NCBI RefSeq assembly: GCF_902652985.1
Contig: NC_047020.1
Location: 27,156,001 to 27,220,000, forward strand
DNA length: 64,000 bases
From: Pecten maximus
Taxonomy: Eukaryota
Reading direction: 5' to 3'
Shown here one piece after another: positions 23,262 to 38,489 of the stretch. The notes under the pieces were generated by a model, which ran no database searches, was not told the DNA's origin, and worked only from the letters and a program-made list of their open reading frames with translations. The position numbers and the translations under genes were made by a program. How positions within the stretch are numbered: position 1 is the first letter of the stretch; every line of letters starts with the position of its first letter.

Positions 23262-26200
23262 CAGTCCCTGACTGACCAGTGGGCAGTGTGCCCTATGGAC
23301 ACAAGTCAATATTGACCTGATAATTAGCAGGTGATTGACACACCTTGGTATATGGCTACTCTTCAAGTGACCACCAAATATTGGCCAAAGTTCCTAATAG
23401 CTTATCTAAACAGATCACTAGGGCGACAAACTCACTTCTCACAAAACTGGGAAAAACCTACAATAAACATTTGTGTATTTCTGCTAAATATAATCCACTC
23501 TTGTATTTTATAAGAAAATACAGACTTTGTAAATGTTCAGACTTTATTTTAAAATGTTCTGAAATAAATAACAATAAAAAAATCACTATCAATTACCAGC
23601 ACTGATTACAAAACAATACATCAATTGATGGATTTAAACTTTCAACATGTAATGGTAGGGGACTGGTGATACCAAAGCCAGCTCGTGACATAACATCCTG
23701 CTGTAGTGTGAAAGTTGATACTACAGAAACCTGAGTAGTTAACAATACATGTCTTTATACAAATAACGCCCATTTTAATTCCTTGTCAAATGTCACCGCT
23801 GTAGCAAAAAGTTCATCAGATAGAGAAATCTTTTCCGTAACACAATTATTTGCAAATAAAAAATGTTTAAGTATTTATTACAATATCATAATTGAGGTGG
23901 GGTGGGTTGTGCTTGGGGGATAAAGAACTAAAACATTATATCCTTTCCTTATATTGTAAAAAAAATATCTTTAGTTAAGAAATATAAAATTGATTCACTT
24001 TCACACCTTATCTAAATGTTTATTTAAATCAATTAACTTGAACATTGAGGTTTTTAAGATATTTAATAACGAAAAGAAACAGACAAGCTTGGAGCGAGTA
24101 GTTTTTGGAGTTGTGTATTGTGTGAGGATTAATCACCTAATTGATTTTAAGGTGTTATAACCTTGCTGGAGGTTACCCTAAACCATTTACATGTTTTCTC
24201 TCATACACTACAAAATTGTATACAATACCTACAGAATAAAAAGACCAAGTTATCCAATGTACCATGAATTCCTCTACCTATGTAAACTCGTTCTATCTTA
24301 CACATTGAGATAATTTCCTCCTTGACAGATGACAGACATATGTTCATCAGTCCCACCTGTAGGTAAGTCATAATCAGCTCGTTACAGAAATCCGAGCTTG
24401 ATTGTAGATAAGTAGCTAGGTAGTGTGGCTCCCTGGGGTGGGGCTGAACAGTGTTCATACACAGGGGTGGGGGCCAATAGGTGGGGTGGGGATCACTTAG
24501 TGCCAGCAGTTTGAACATCCACCTGTCAATAACGAGTGAGTAAAAACAACTGTTATTGAGTTGGCTTACTGAGGCCGGGATAAAGGAGCTAGTCACAAAG
24601 TCTACTGTACAAAACAATTATAAGTCAAATCACCAGGACTTTATATCAAATTCTATTAACAGTTTAATGCCTGTTCCCACTTCTCTGAGTAGCTGAATGC
24701 TGCTCAAAATGTCACTAAGTCAGACCAATTAAGATAAGAACAAAAATCTTCTTTCACCATTTCCCCAGATAGGATGTTATTTTAAAACATTCAATTGCCT
24801 CCTAATTGACTTCAGATTAATAATAACAACACATGGATGAACGTGGATGGAGCCACGAGGATACCTGGGCCAGCCTTACAGAGCTGGTCAGTGTTTGTCA
24901 AGGCTGTGTTTACTCAGTAAACTATCCCCTGACAGAATGTCAACATACCTAGACTAATGTGTTTTATACTGCAAACAATCACCAAGTTTTAGTTTTAAGA
25001 TGTAATAAATTGACTGGGTTTAAATCTCTACAGCAAAGAAAAATACACCTCATAACCTGAATGAAACAAATTCCAATCTCTACAATATAATCTTAATTCA
25101 GGTATTTCATATCATGTTTACAAGATTCATAATCTGAGCATTTACCTCTACCTACAAAGTATCAGGACGTTATCATTAACATTGAAATCTACGAGACAAA
25201 TACAGCTGATATGTATTACAGTGGACACCGATTCTGTCAATCAGGGTCACCTTATCGAACCTTATCATGTCAGCTCGGACAAGCTTTAAATCAAACACAC
25301 AATAAATCACTTCATTCACTTAAGCTAATTTATTGAGAGCCATATGTAATCACTTTCCTACATGTCAATTTCAAAAATGTCCTTTTTTCAGCTAGTTGAT
25401 TTATTAGAATTTAAAAAATTCCAATATCATATTCAAGTTAAAATATTATAATTAAATTTCATATATTACATTAAAATTTCATGTATTATATTTAAATTTC
25501 ATATATTATAGATCAAATTTAAATATAACATTTAAGATTAATTTTCACCCAATTAAACTCAAAAGTATATAGATATGTTGTGACTTCTCTGTCTTTGTAA
25601 GCTGAACATGGAGTACTTGTATATAAAGTATATTACATGTGTATTTAACTTCAAGTTTACACTGCACCCTGCTGAGATAATAAATTCAAACTTTACAATC
25701 TATCTGACAGAATACAGCCCCATTTGAAAAGAATTCTTTTCTTATTTGTTACACCTATTGAAAACGTGTCTACGGCCTTAAAAAATGTTCAATATCCCAG
25801 TACATCAGATTCTTACAGAAGGCTTTTCTCACGAGTTGACAACTAAATTCTAATGCTGGAATTTATAGTGAACATGTAAATGTGTATATATAACAATGCA
25901 TAATTTGATATCTGTTGCTCAATGGTTATATATACCTTAAATGCAAAATAACATTTGATATAAAAAATTGAACATATTAAATCAGATTACTGGTATTTCA
26001 ATCTTATTGGATGAGATTTTAAAACTGAGTGAATTTGGAACTCTTAACTGAAGGACATTATAAACTTGTTTATACATGATGTATAAATCTGCCACTTTAA
26101 ATGATAAAAATCAGCGAAGAATTATTTACCAATAAAAGGTTAATATAAGTATCAAAACAAATTTTAATAATTTTTATTAAATCTAAACTCCATTAAAAAT

Positions 26201-26849
26201 ACAATCCAAAATAAGTGAGCTATGATCCCATCCTACTATATTAAATATTTTATCTATAGATTGTATCAGTCACTTAATACAGTAAATGTCACTTTAAAGA
26301 AACTCAGTAGCATTACTGATAGGTATCCATCAAAAAATAATATGATTCACCAAAAACTGCTGGAAAATTCTTATACACAGATGTATTTTTTCTCCACATT
26401 ATTATGAGGTTTAAAAGAAGACCACAATATAAATGGTAAAAACAAGTGAACCTGTTTGTGTTGTCTTTCAACCAAAACAAAGGGACGGTGTGCGATTTCT
26501 GTACCTATTTGCCACGCTGTCATCAAGTCCGTATAAAGGAGTAAACAGCTATCGCTAAGATCACCACACGACACCCTACATCCGCTACCATTACAGTACT
26601 GTACAATATTATCTATGTGCTCAATCTCGAACACACTTCTCGTTTTAATAGCATAACTCTTTTTACAGATAATCGAACTAGATAGAATGTACAAAGAGGA
26701 GGATCTTCAGTCCGCTGTAGATCTACAACCTTAGTGAACTATCTACCTCACCACACCCCTACTAGTGTCTCCAACCCATTCAAACTTCTCCTCCCCTAAT
26801 GGTAGCCATTACTGACATTCCCCACCCCTACTGGCCTGACCCCTTCCCA

Positions 26850-27510
26850 CCCCTTACTGGTGTGTTGGTAGCCCCCTGGCCACCCCTACCCCCTCCACTC
26901 CCTACTGGTGTGTTGATAGCCCCCTGGCTACCCCTACCCCCTCCACCCCCTACTGGTGTGTTGGTAGCCCTCTGGCTACCCCTACCCCCTCCACCCCTTA
27001 CTGGTTTGTTGGTAGCCCCCTGGTCACCCCTACCCCCTCCACCCCTTACTAGTGTGTTGGTAGCCCCCTGGCTACCCCTACCCCCTCTACCCCTTACTGG
27101 TGTGTTGGTAGCCCCCTGGCCACCCCTATCCCCTCCACCCCTTACTGGTGTGTTGGTAGCCCCCTGGCTACCCCTACCCCCTCCACTCCTTACTGGTGTG
27201 TTGGTAGCCCCCTGGTCACCCCTACCCCCTCCACCCCTTACTGGTGTGTTGCCAGCCCCTCAGTGGCCTCTCCTACAGGTGTGTAGCTAGCCCCCTGGCC
27301 TATCGTACTCACTTCCAACCCCCTACTTGTATTTACATGGCCCCTCTACCCCCTCTGACCCCTACTTGTATCTATATGGCCTCATCTACCCCCTCTGACC
27401 CCTACTTGTATCTACATGGCCTCCTCTATCCCCCTCTGACCCCTTACTTGTATTTACCTGGCCTCCTCTACCCCCTCTGACCCCCTTACTTGTATTTACC
27501 TGGCCTCCCC
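26850..27510. repeat. C-rich 48-bp minisatellite (~9 copies) followed by a related ~40-bp repeat
   Basis: Unit ccccttactggtgtgttggtagccccctggctacccctaccccctcca, then ccctacttgtatttacatggcc...ccccctctga. Confidence 0.9.
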
Positions 27511-30500
27511 CACCCTGAATGGTTTAACAGAGTCTCAGATGAAAACTAAATAGGATATAATTGTTGTATCATCACTAACCTCCCCTATACATCCTAGTTG
27601 TTTGGCTGTGTACAAATAAATTACCAGAATTATCTAGAACCTCTTTGTAACCTGTTTTTCAGATATTGATCTTATATTGTAGGGGAAAGGCGCGTCTGCC
27701 AGACAACCGTCCAAGTCGGCCATTCAGACCACTGACAAATTGTACTAATTTCACACAATTGGTTGGAGATCTTCACAAATCCTGTTTTAATACTGGGGGT
27801 ATTATTCAGTCATAAGGGGACACGTTCAGCCCCTGTTACCTCCGTGTCCTAGGGTCCCATATAACATCTGTGCATGGCTTTATCTACAATATCATGAGGA
27901 TTTGATGACAGCGACAGTTAAAATCGTAGCAATGGGGAGGGTTTTGTTTGGGTCGCAATTCACTGTCTCTAAATCATCTACGTGGATTAATCACAATCAC
28001 CTATGTATCCGCTACGATTGGCAGAAGTTCACAATTCATTGGATAACAAATCATGTCGGACTCCGGAACCAAAGTTTGAAAATTGGATTAGCGAGCAGGT
28101 ATCAATGAGTGGTGCTAGGCAGACATTTGTGGATTAGGGGAGGAATTCTAACGATGACCTTCACCAGAAATATACACCTGAGCAACGGAATGTCATTAAA
28201 AGGTGATCACAAACCTTCAAACAGTCAGACACAACTTTGTCTGTGCTATATGGAAAGGACTAAATCTTCTCTCCCTTAAAATCTGATTGTGTTCGTTTTT
28301 TAGACCGAGTGTCAATATGCATGGATCTGGAAGTTGAGAAAAAGGAGTGAAGACCTAATTCAATAGGCCTTGAGGAACATTGGACAAACAATGAGCCTTG
28401 AGGAACATTGGAAAAACTATAGAACAACAATGATACAAATAAAACGAAATAAGAATGTCTGGCTGAATAGTTGCGACAGCCGTGTAGGCGACTGTGCAAT
28501 ATCTTGAACATTTCTTGTCAGTCAATGGAACTCAACAAATCGAGGAAAATCAATCTAGTTTCTATAAACATGCTTATTTTAGTGTACTGAAATTTAAACG
28601 CACAGCCCAAACTTTATAGAGATCGGTGATATGATGAATCGGCACACTAACAATGCTTTCTGCATGTAGATAACAATATCTACATGTACATTCAATATGT
28701 ATATACTTGGTGGGTACTGCAATTAGCGTAAACATTGTACATGTACAGGATCTACATGTTCCAAGTTATGAATGAGAAACGATAAGGAATAAAGGTTGGG
28801 ACAATATTTTATAAAGGTATGCTGCAATTCCAATCCAAGTTCTACTCCATTGAGATCCAAAATATTCCTGTGTTGTTCCTATTAAAACAGCAAGGTGTTC
28901 TCCGAAATATACCTTTTCACCGATCGTACAGCATTCTAATGTAGATTGACCGAGCCATTGTACAGGAGTGTTACCAGACAGACCTGAAGGGATTGCCGGT
29001 ACATGTATATATGCAGGTAGAAACAACTATAAAATAATCCCAGAGAGAGCACCGCCCCTGACTTTGTATTGTCCTTCCCTGAGTACCTGGCTATGTGATT
29101 TTCAGCTTGGATTATCACCAATTACAAAACAGATCCACTATGTACACTAACGAGAGAGGCCATCATCGGACTAAAATGGGAAATATTGATTCGACATGAT
29201 GGAATGCTCTAAAAATGAAAATCTAACAGAAAAGCCACAACAACTTAATCGTGAAAAATCCATATTGCTACAAGACCGATTAAAGACGGCACAATGTAGC
29301 ACTGCTCAAAAGCGTCCCAATTTGACCAACTCAATTGACATAAATATTTATTAGTCATTAAATAAATTAATAAATAAGACTTGAATTCCTCCCAAGGTAG
29401 GTGATTCCCCAGTGACACCTGGGTTGTAAATATGTCCGCATCAAAGGCCTTTTTCCTGGGGGTGTATGATATTTATAGCGTGTTGACAATTAAAGCCAGT
29501 GTTTCCTGACTTGGGGCTGCACCAACGACATACCTACATCCTATACATGGGTTTTTATACTGGGCCTTGTTAGAGCTGTTGATTACTGGACGGAAATGTC
29601 AACAATTGGAATCAACATTGTCCATACAATGCTATAAACAACCAATGGCCGGTCTTGTTTATGGCCGACTTTCTGATGGCTATATAGATATATGCCAATG
29701 AAATACAACCAATCAAGGAAACTATTTTAATTCTGATGATTGACACTTTTATAGTTAAAATGATGAGATAATTTTCCCTCTCTTTGAAGTTAAATAATAT
29801 TCAATGAAGCATACACAGAGTTGATTATGACTAAGTACGTAGCCATTCCAATTAATCCTACACTTACACATGACTAATTTTCATTTACTAAATTTATGAT
29901 TTGCTTAATATTTATGACTTTGTCAGAAAACTTTTCAAAAATCTGTTTACCTTTAATTGGACTGAGGTATGTGACTGGCCTAAGTAAACTTTCCTAAATA
30001 TGTAACAATAGTATATTTGTTGATAATATGTTTTTTTCGGTATGATTATAAGTAAATACATATGACCTCGTTTTCACTAGCTCTCGTGACCTACCGACAG
30101 GGATATCACCATGCACCTGGTCAATTCTGTACCACAAAAACTTCCCAATTATTATATACCAATATATGTAGGTCAAATCGTTTTAAAAAATATTTTGTAA
30201 TGAAAATAATTTGCCTATTTTTAACAGTATATTTATGTAGGTGTAATTTTTGTTCAGTACACTAAGGTTCAAAACTGATTGAAGTCATACAATTCCCTCC
30301 CATGAAAATGACATGTTTTGAATAGAACATTTTTTCATTATCAGTGAAGACTGGAGTATGTTGGTAGGATGATACAGTAATGAAGACATTATAAAACACA
30401 TTTGTACTATCTCATCAATACTACACAAACATCATCCATACTAAATCATACTCCAAGAAACCTTTCAGGCTTATGAGAGAATTAATTTCTATTAAAAGAA

Positions 30501-33500
30501 TCTGTACAGCCTTTCTGCCCTAGCTCAGGACTATAATCATAGTCTAAGGTTAGGAATCAATGCCTTAGAACAATTTGGAGCTAGAAACCCTATCCATCAT
30601 GACAATTTTCAGGTTGCTGGATCTTTTAACATGAGAACGCCCTAAACCTGGCAAGGTGCAGAGCGATAAATAAGGGGATGGTATAATATCTGACAAGAAA
30701 GGCAGCTCCAGCTCAAGAGAAATGGTCAATTATTAATTTGCAATAAGACGCAATCACATGAAGAATTCTGTATGATGTGAATGTTGGCGGGTTTGGTGAG
30801 ACCATCTTACACCAGGCTAACTCACGCTGACGAAGGCCAGGCCAGATCAATCCCGCTCGCCAGATTAACGTCCCGCACCAAATAACACATATCAACACAT
30901 CCAACTATCTCGGCTGTGAGGAAAGGACTTTTTTTAAAGAAAATTTACAGAACTGCATAGTTGATCTGATGGAAATTAATTTTATGATGAAGACTTCTAT
31001 ATTCGTTTATTCTATTGTAACAAGTTCACACTTTGCTCTCAGCAGTAGGAGTGATTTATGTTCTATATTGCATGCTGAAGATTCATCATGGCATGTGCAA
31101 TTTTCAAAGAAAGAAATTAATTTCAAATTCAAACCTTTTATGTCTATTTTAGTTAGTAAACACAGACAGTAAACACAGGCCGTTATACAGACTGGGAGAT
31201 GGCCTGTTGAACAACATTAATCAAATCTTTCACTCAGAAAAAATTGACTGATCTAGATCTAATAAGGAAATTTTGAAACATCCGTCAAATTGTTGATGCA
31301 AATACAATGGACTACAACAAAACCATAGTCAAACAATCTTCTAAATTGATTGATAAAACTAAACTGTTTTGGACATTGTGATATAACATAGTACAATTTG
31401 TACCTGTCTGGTCAGTAGAAGACAAACGACCTTGACAATCTACCTGTCCACATGTTACCTGTAGTCCAGATTGATGATCTAACATCAAACAATAATCACG
31501 ATGTAATTTCTGACATTTTCGTTGTATATCTGGGATAATTATTTTACCTACATGGCTAATGAGTCATATAACATTACAACATGGATACCATTGGCCCTCA
31601 CATCCTACCTGCCAACCCTCCTGTCTTTGGGGGAGAAAATCTCAATATTTACTCCAGATTTAGACAGATATTGTTCCTAATTTTATAAATTCAATCATTC
31701 CATCAGAAATAAAAAGCATCCCAGAATTTAATAAGCAAGTGACTATCTATAGATGTTAACTTTTATTTGGTTTAAAATTTTCAACAGGGAACATTTTTAA
31801 GAGTTACCAATTATGCACATCATTGTCATGCACAGGTAAGTCAACATCTTCGTTACACGCAATAGGTTCTTTGCATTTTCCATAAACAGGTCTCTAATAT
31901 CATATTAAGTTTATATATAAATTATTTCCCACTAAAGGGGGAATATAGAAATACCTGTAAATTCACCTGCTGTTTGTTTTTGGAAGGAGAATTGTGATCA
32001 GGACCATGAGTCACCAGTATAGGGGAGTCGACAATCATCGAGCTACATTATTTACAACATTTCTCTCCGATAGATATCGCCAATCTTTTGTTGTCAATGT
32101 ATGCCACAAGAAAAACAATTCTTTTTTTTTTCTGTCAGCACTTTTTTTCAAAAGAACACGACACTTTTCCTCCATACCGGCTTATTTAACTAACAAGATA
32201 GATTCTCTTAGGATAAGAAAACATTATCCCTTCTTTGTAAAGGAAAGTCACATAAACTTTGATGATGAAAACATTTGTTTAAAACATGCATTCCTATGAC
32301 TTATCAGCACAATATTTAGTTTTTTTTTTAACAAAATCTGATTCCAAATGTTTAAGATGAGTAATAATGCTAATTTAAATGCATCTACCTACACATGAAT
32401 AAACAACTATAAAATTCACGCTCATAAAATATGGTATATAAGTGTCATTTTCTGTACAATAAACTCCCCAGTTACCTAGACTTGTTGGTAGCTTTCCAAC
32501 CAAATCTGCTTACCTGTTTCCCAACACAATCCATGTTTCCAGACATTCTGATCACAATAATCCATGCTGATAGCTGATGTAGACATTAATCATACTCAAA
32601 CATATTAGTTTAGTGTACACCTCACAGTCAAACTAAAATGGTCCCTTTAACATCTTTTTATGAAGACCAACAAAAAAACCTGTAGTTGCCTGCTGGCCAT
32701 TCTAACTGTTTTATCTGCCTTTTGATGTTATGATACAAGTCAATTTCAGCAGTCATGTTAATTTCATATATGTTTTCAACCTGGACATCACTGTACATTT
32801 CCCCTTGAGTGACAGGTGCTCTTGCTAAAAATCAATAAGGGAAATTGATCTGGGTGTTGATTGTGTTTTGTATAGATTGCCAGGCCATCTGCTGGTACTG
32901 ACAATTAATAGTACGAATTATACATACCCTTTACAGGGCCGAGTAACCCGACATATACTTCTACTCAATAATGTTTTCAAAACGACAGCAATGTATCAGA
33001 TAAATAATTCATGTTCTAACAATGCAGTACATATAATCGAACACAATTGAGTTTTTCAACCCTAAAACATTTTTTCTTTAATTTTGGAACTATATAAATA
33101 TCAGATTAGGTAGAAACCTGGGTTGATATGTATTTGTTTGTAGACAGGCTTATGTTAAGTGTTATATACTATATCTTTTTTTTTTACAAAAACATGTTTT
33201 TTCTAGTCCCATCCTCTTCAATTAAATTTTATTGGTTAAAAAAAATATCAGGCTTGAAAAATCATCACATTTAAACATTAATTAAGAAACCATTAGAGAA
33301 TATGAATGAAATAAAATTTCTGATTCATAAATCTGGTACATGTATTTTCATAAATTCATGGGAATTAAAGTAATCCTCAAGAAATAATGTATTTATGTAC
33401 TAATTATCTAGTAAACAGCCTTGAATCCCATTAATTTTAATGCTAAAAAATATACAATTTAGTATCTTGATGTGTGCCTATTTAATGCTAAATTATAGAA

Positions 33501-35819
33501 GGCTGATATGTTTAACAGAAATCTGAAGATATTGCCGCAGATATAAAATTAATCATCGTTAACTACCCCAGTCCTACCTGTGCAAGGTAAAACCAGGTAC
33601 TAGATTTAAAGTCTACCTGCATGGTTTCAAATTGTTTTTTGCTGTCAACACCCAAACTGGCTGTTATAACTTTAACTAGAAATCTATGTCAAATTTTTCC
33701 CAAAAGAACTTAAGTTCAAACTTCTATTTAAATGAAATCCAAACAATTCCAATAATTCATTTAACACTAGGCTTCTAAAATAGCCAGCATTGTTTTCATT
33801 CTAGATCACTATCCTATTTTTGTGGGAAGCTACCGTCCTGCTTAATACTAGTTAGCGTAATCTTGTATAGTAAAATTGGTCAGATTGGTCAGTCGGCCTG
33901 AAGGTATAGACTCGATGACCGGTATCACATTAGCTAATACTTCAGCTAAAGGCAATAAATAATTTAATTGATTTATTTTGCCTGAAAACAACAATGATTT
34001 TTGTATGTACACAAGAAGGTACATAAAATATATCTAACAGACCTCGGGACACAAATTTTGCTGAGCCATAAATCCCCAGGAGTTTTACCCTTTGTCTATA
34101 CATTTTTTATATGTTTCCCCGGAGATCTGACCGTTAGAGAATGCTGAACATTAAAACAGACCCAATGTTTCAGGTATTTGTGTCCGATATAATCAGCACA
34201 TCAAAATGTCTCTAGCAAGCTCCAACGACCTCATTTTTTATAACTTGTACAATATCATTATAAATCTTCTTATGTTGAAAAAAATGTATAAAAACCAAAC
34301 AAATGAGGAGTTATTTTTTAGCCATTGACAGAAATGTGTACACAACATACATACCAAGTTTATCACCATTCAACCCATGTTAATCCTCCGAAAGTTCCTG
34401 TTCTTCCACCAAACATGTAAAATCCCTTTCTCATCGAAAGCATTGACGTTCAATATGCCTGAACAACTGTTTCCAATATTCCCATTATACTTATAATTTC
34501 CATAATTATCCAGCGGACATTGTTAGTGAAACACACACTAAATAGCAAAATTCTGTAAGAAAGCGTTCGAACAGTTCAACAGCATTATGCCAAACGTTAC
34601 CTTGAAGAACGTAATTTTAGAGGTAGGGTTGTTTTCACCTGGCTTATTCAGAACACTTTAAAGGTATCCTCGATTGTTCCGTCAATAGGCCAGTATTCTA
34701 TTCTCTACCGAATACGGGCAATCGAAGTCAAGTTAAAATCGAAATTTAAAAAACAATGACATCTCTGGATTTGCCCCATTTTATGGAAAAACAACATATT
34801 TCTTCTCACGAGGAACTTGATTTCGGTCCTTACACAAGGTGTTAGGGAACAGGTATGTGTGCCTTGTTTGTAAGTGTGGTTGATCAATTTGATGACTCTA
34901 TTGTGGTGTTTTGTTGATCCCCCCAGTCGAGACCTTCTGATTCGGTCCAGTAGAGCAAGAAAACATCCCCACCAATTTACAACTCTTCACCTTAACCACA
35001 CATTGGCGCCCGCCCCCGAATCTGCCATGTCAATTCAGTGTGGGAACATGTATGACTGAGCTAATGTTGTATAGTTGAGGTTCGTCCCCACGCGCGGGTA
35101 GAGTACCCTACAGGCCTACCCTAAGTGGGGGCCTTGTCGAGTGAATCACACACACTAATGTTTTACAACAATTTTTGAGGTTATGGTGTAAATTGAAGAT
35201 TGATTGTTGAGGTTTTTGATGAGATATGTATCTTAGATGTCTCCATCTCAAGTCTTTCTTGAATTACAAAAATGTACTATCAATTCTAAAACTATTTTTT
35301 TTTGTCTGAAAAGCTCTGTACAATATTTTTCCGTTAATGATTTTAACTGGAAATATATCAATATAAATTTTTGCTAGCATTTTTGGATGCCATTTCGTTG
35401 CTTCAGAAATTCTATTCAGTGATATTATAAACCATTAAAGATAATTTTAACATGTCAAATAGATGTTCTAGTTTGATAAATTATCCTCTTCAATATATAA
35501 ACTAAAACATCCTTTAATATTAAAAAAAAAAATGAATAAATAAAAAAGATTTTAAGAACTAGATATATTTCCTTCACAATGTAATTTATGTACAATATTT
35601 TTATATTAATTGACCTTTGACCTTGCAATAGGATGAGTAATACTTTTGTTCCCCTCGTATTAATGCTAACAACACACACTAAATACATTTTCATTTTTGC
35701 ACCTGGCGCAAGTGTTGAAAAGATGCCTATCTACTCAAATCGCTTTAATGGCTCACAAATTGAGCCATCATATTTTGTTGGGTGACTTTACAATTCGGGG
35801 GGACTGTGGTGGGATACAC

Positions 35820-35889
35820 TGCTAGGGTAATGGAGACATCAACAGGCAGCGTTTGCTAGGGTAATGGAGACATCAACAGGCAGCGTTTG
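35820..35889. repeat. Short tandem duplication (~34 bp x2)
   Basis: tgctagggtaatggagacatcaacaggcagcgtt twice. Confidence 0.85.
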
Positions 35890-38489
35890 TCAGTCTAATA
35901 TACACCACTTAGTCAGCACACATCACCTGTGACAGGTTACATATATTTTATATCGGTATTTATATAGATTTAAATTTCAACTCTTTATTTAATGTAACAC
36001 TTTATCAACCCAGGCTTCACCACCACAACTCTAAACATATCTTGATTTCTAAAGAATTTACAAAATGTCGTTTTATTGGTGAAATTACCTTTGGGTATAC
36101 CAGCTGTATCAATTTGAAGATATGCCAAGCCTTGTACAGGACGAATGGGATGGACTTTTTGCAACGCTTATTTAAACTGAATTATACATTTACATATTAA
36201 AGTTATATGATAATTTCATCGCTATTTTCTCACAGAATACTTGTAGTTGATACAGGGTAAAGACACTTAACCAGACTTTCAGCTCCCACATAACTTTCTG
36301 TGAACCCTATCAAGTGATTTTTCTCAGTGATTTAACAATGAATGAAAAGTGCAATTTCTACCTTTAAAATTGTACTTATGTTTCAACATAAGTGCGTTAG
36401 ACATTGTAAATATACCAAGTTTCTGTAGTTTTTTTCTTACCATGAAAAAACAATTTCTTTCGTTTCCCACCCAGATACTACCACAGCTTGCAGACTGTCT
36501 CACAAACAAGGTAGAACACATTCCAATGGGAAAAGCCAGATAAGCACAATTGTTAGAGAAGAAGAAAGTTTTGGTATGGAATTAGGATTGAGTAACACTT
36601 AGGCTTTTAGCTGGTACTGGGTGGCTCAGAGATATGTCTGTGGGACCTGTGTCTTTGTATCTCTGATCCATCGTCCAAACACAGGGCTGTTCGGTAGAAA
36701 TACATTCATGTAACTCTATATCCCTGGAGTTCCATCTGCCAAAATGTCTTGTACCTATAATGTGTTTTTAGATTGGATTTAGTTATTGAGGACAAATATA
36801 GCAGTGAGTATATAGTATAGAATGGTGATGGTAATCTCGCTCTCAACGTCAAGTGGCGGGGATTTTCACAAATAATCACCCCTGAGTTGACTAACTGAGC
36901 TCTCATGTCATTGAGACATATTTACAAGAACTGAGAAACAAAAGTTCTTACCTCATATTGCCTGAAAAAAAATCACAAAGTCTCGATCCTCTACCCTTGA
37001 CAAGTTGTTACATCACTCAGGCATGATATTATTTGGATACATTTCTTTATCGAAATTTGGAATTTCTTTATTTTTCTTAGAGACATGAAATTCCAAATCT
37101 TCTTCAACGACCTCTTTTTTAGAATTCAAAAAGTTATTGAATAACTGCTTGACAATAACAGAAGTTATTGAATCACAGTACTGCTTGACAATTATTGTAA
37201 CAATTAAATCACCATTTAAAATTACATAAAATTGCAAGTTTATATCAAGGAGTTTTTCTGAAAAGGAATTAAAACAAGTATTAATAGGTAACCTTCACTA
37301 CTTAATTCATCAGTTAATCCTATACAAATCTACTCACAGAAAACCTCTCCAACTCAAACATCGGCCATTCCAATCAGGAAAAGTTGAGATAATTCCATAC
37401 TCAAGTAACGAAAGTCACTCTTTGCCCTCCGAAAACACTTTTAAAATGAGGCTTCAGACAAAAGTTGTGTATTATGTTCGGAGAGAAACAACACATCGCC
37501 AGATAAAAGTTGAGGTATGACGGAGAACTGTAGAAGATAATACCCGTCCTATACAGGTGAGAACAGAAGTTCTACACAATCATAACAATAGACGTCCTAA
37601 TACTTTTCTGTCTTCTACAAAATTAATCATTCGTGAAGGTGTGTCATTTTCTATTTTCTGTTTGTTTCACAACAACAAAGATATTTTTAAGCTTATGTAA
37701 TAAATACCTACAACTTTCATTTGAAACTTTTCACTTGGAAATGTATTGAATTTTTTACTTATTGTTGTTTTTTTTCTTTTTTCTAAATAGTCACCTTGGT
37801 ATGTTAATGATATGTAAAAAATTTCACTAAAACAACCTTATTGTTTGAACAAAGCATTTTAACAATCCATATTACCTAGCTACCTGTAGGGACTAAATTG
37901 TCAAATTCTGATCATTTCATACTCTCATTATTACATTTTAAATTTAAACAGTTTCTGGTTATATTTTTAAGAGTTTTTTTTCTTAAAGAAAACAGCTTAA
38001 TTGACATTAATGTTAGAATTTTGTCACTTATGGACACAAACACATTATCATCTATATAAGTAAATTATCAGTTACAATAAGATCTTTTAAATTACTAATT
38101 ATAAGAACTCTATTGAGTGGCCCTTCACAAAATATTGATGACATTAAAAAAAAGAAAATCCTTTTTAGGTAATGAATTACGGTACTAAGAAACCATCAAA
38201 AAAGCGTGTGATTCGAATATAAATTTCTCACAGTTTCTTGAATCATGTGTAAACCAAGGGTTCCACCATTTCAAACCAAGGGAGGTAAACCAACATTTGA
38301 ATTAGTAGTTAATGGAAATCCTAGTTCTTCAGTCTTTCCTCAACAAGTTATTAAATAAGAAGCTATGACTATTATTATCCAAAGACCTGAACTACCATCA
38401 GACTTTTATGTGGCAGACACTTGACCAAAAATCTGTTGGCTCCAGCGCTAAACACTTAGAATGATAAATATGGAAAAGATGGGTGACAG

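Noticed and set aside
26799-27480. Pro-rich 163-aa and 78-aa ORFs
   Set aside because: Products of the C-rich tandem repeat.
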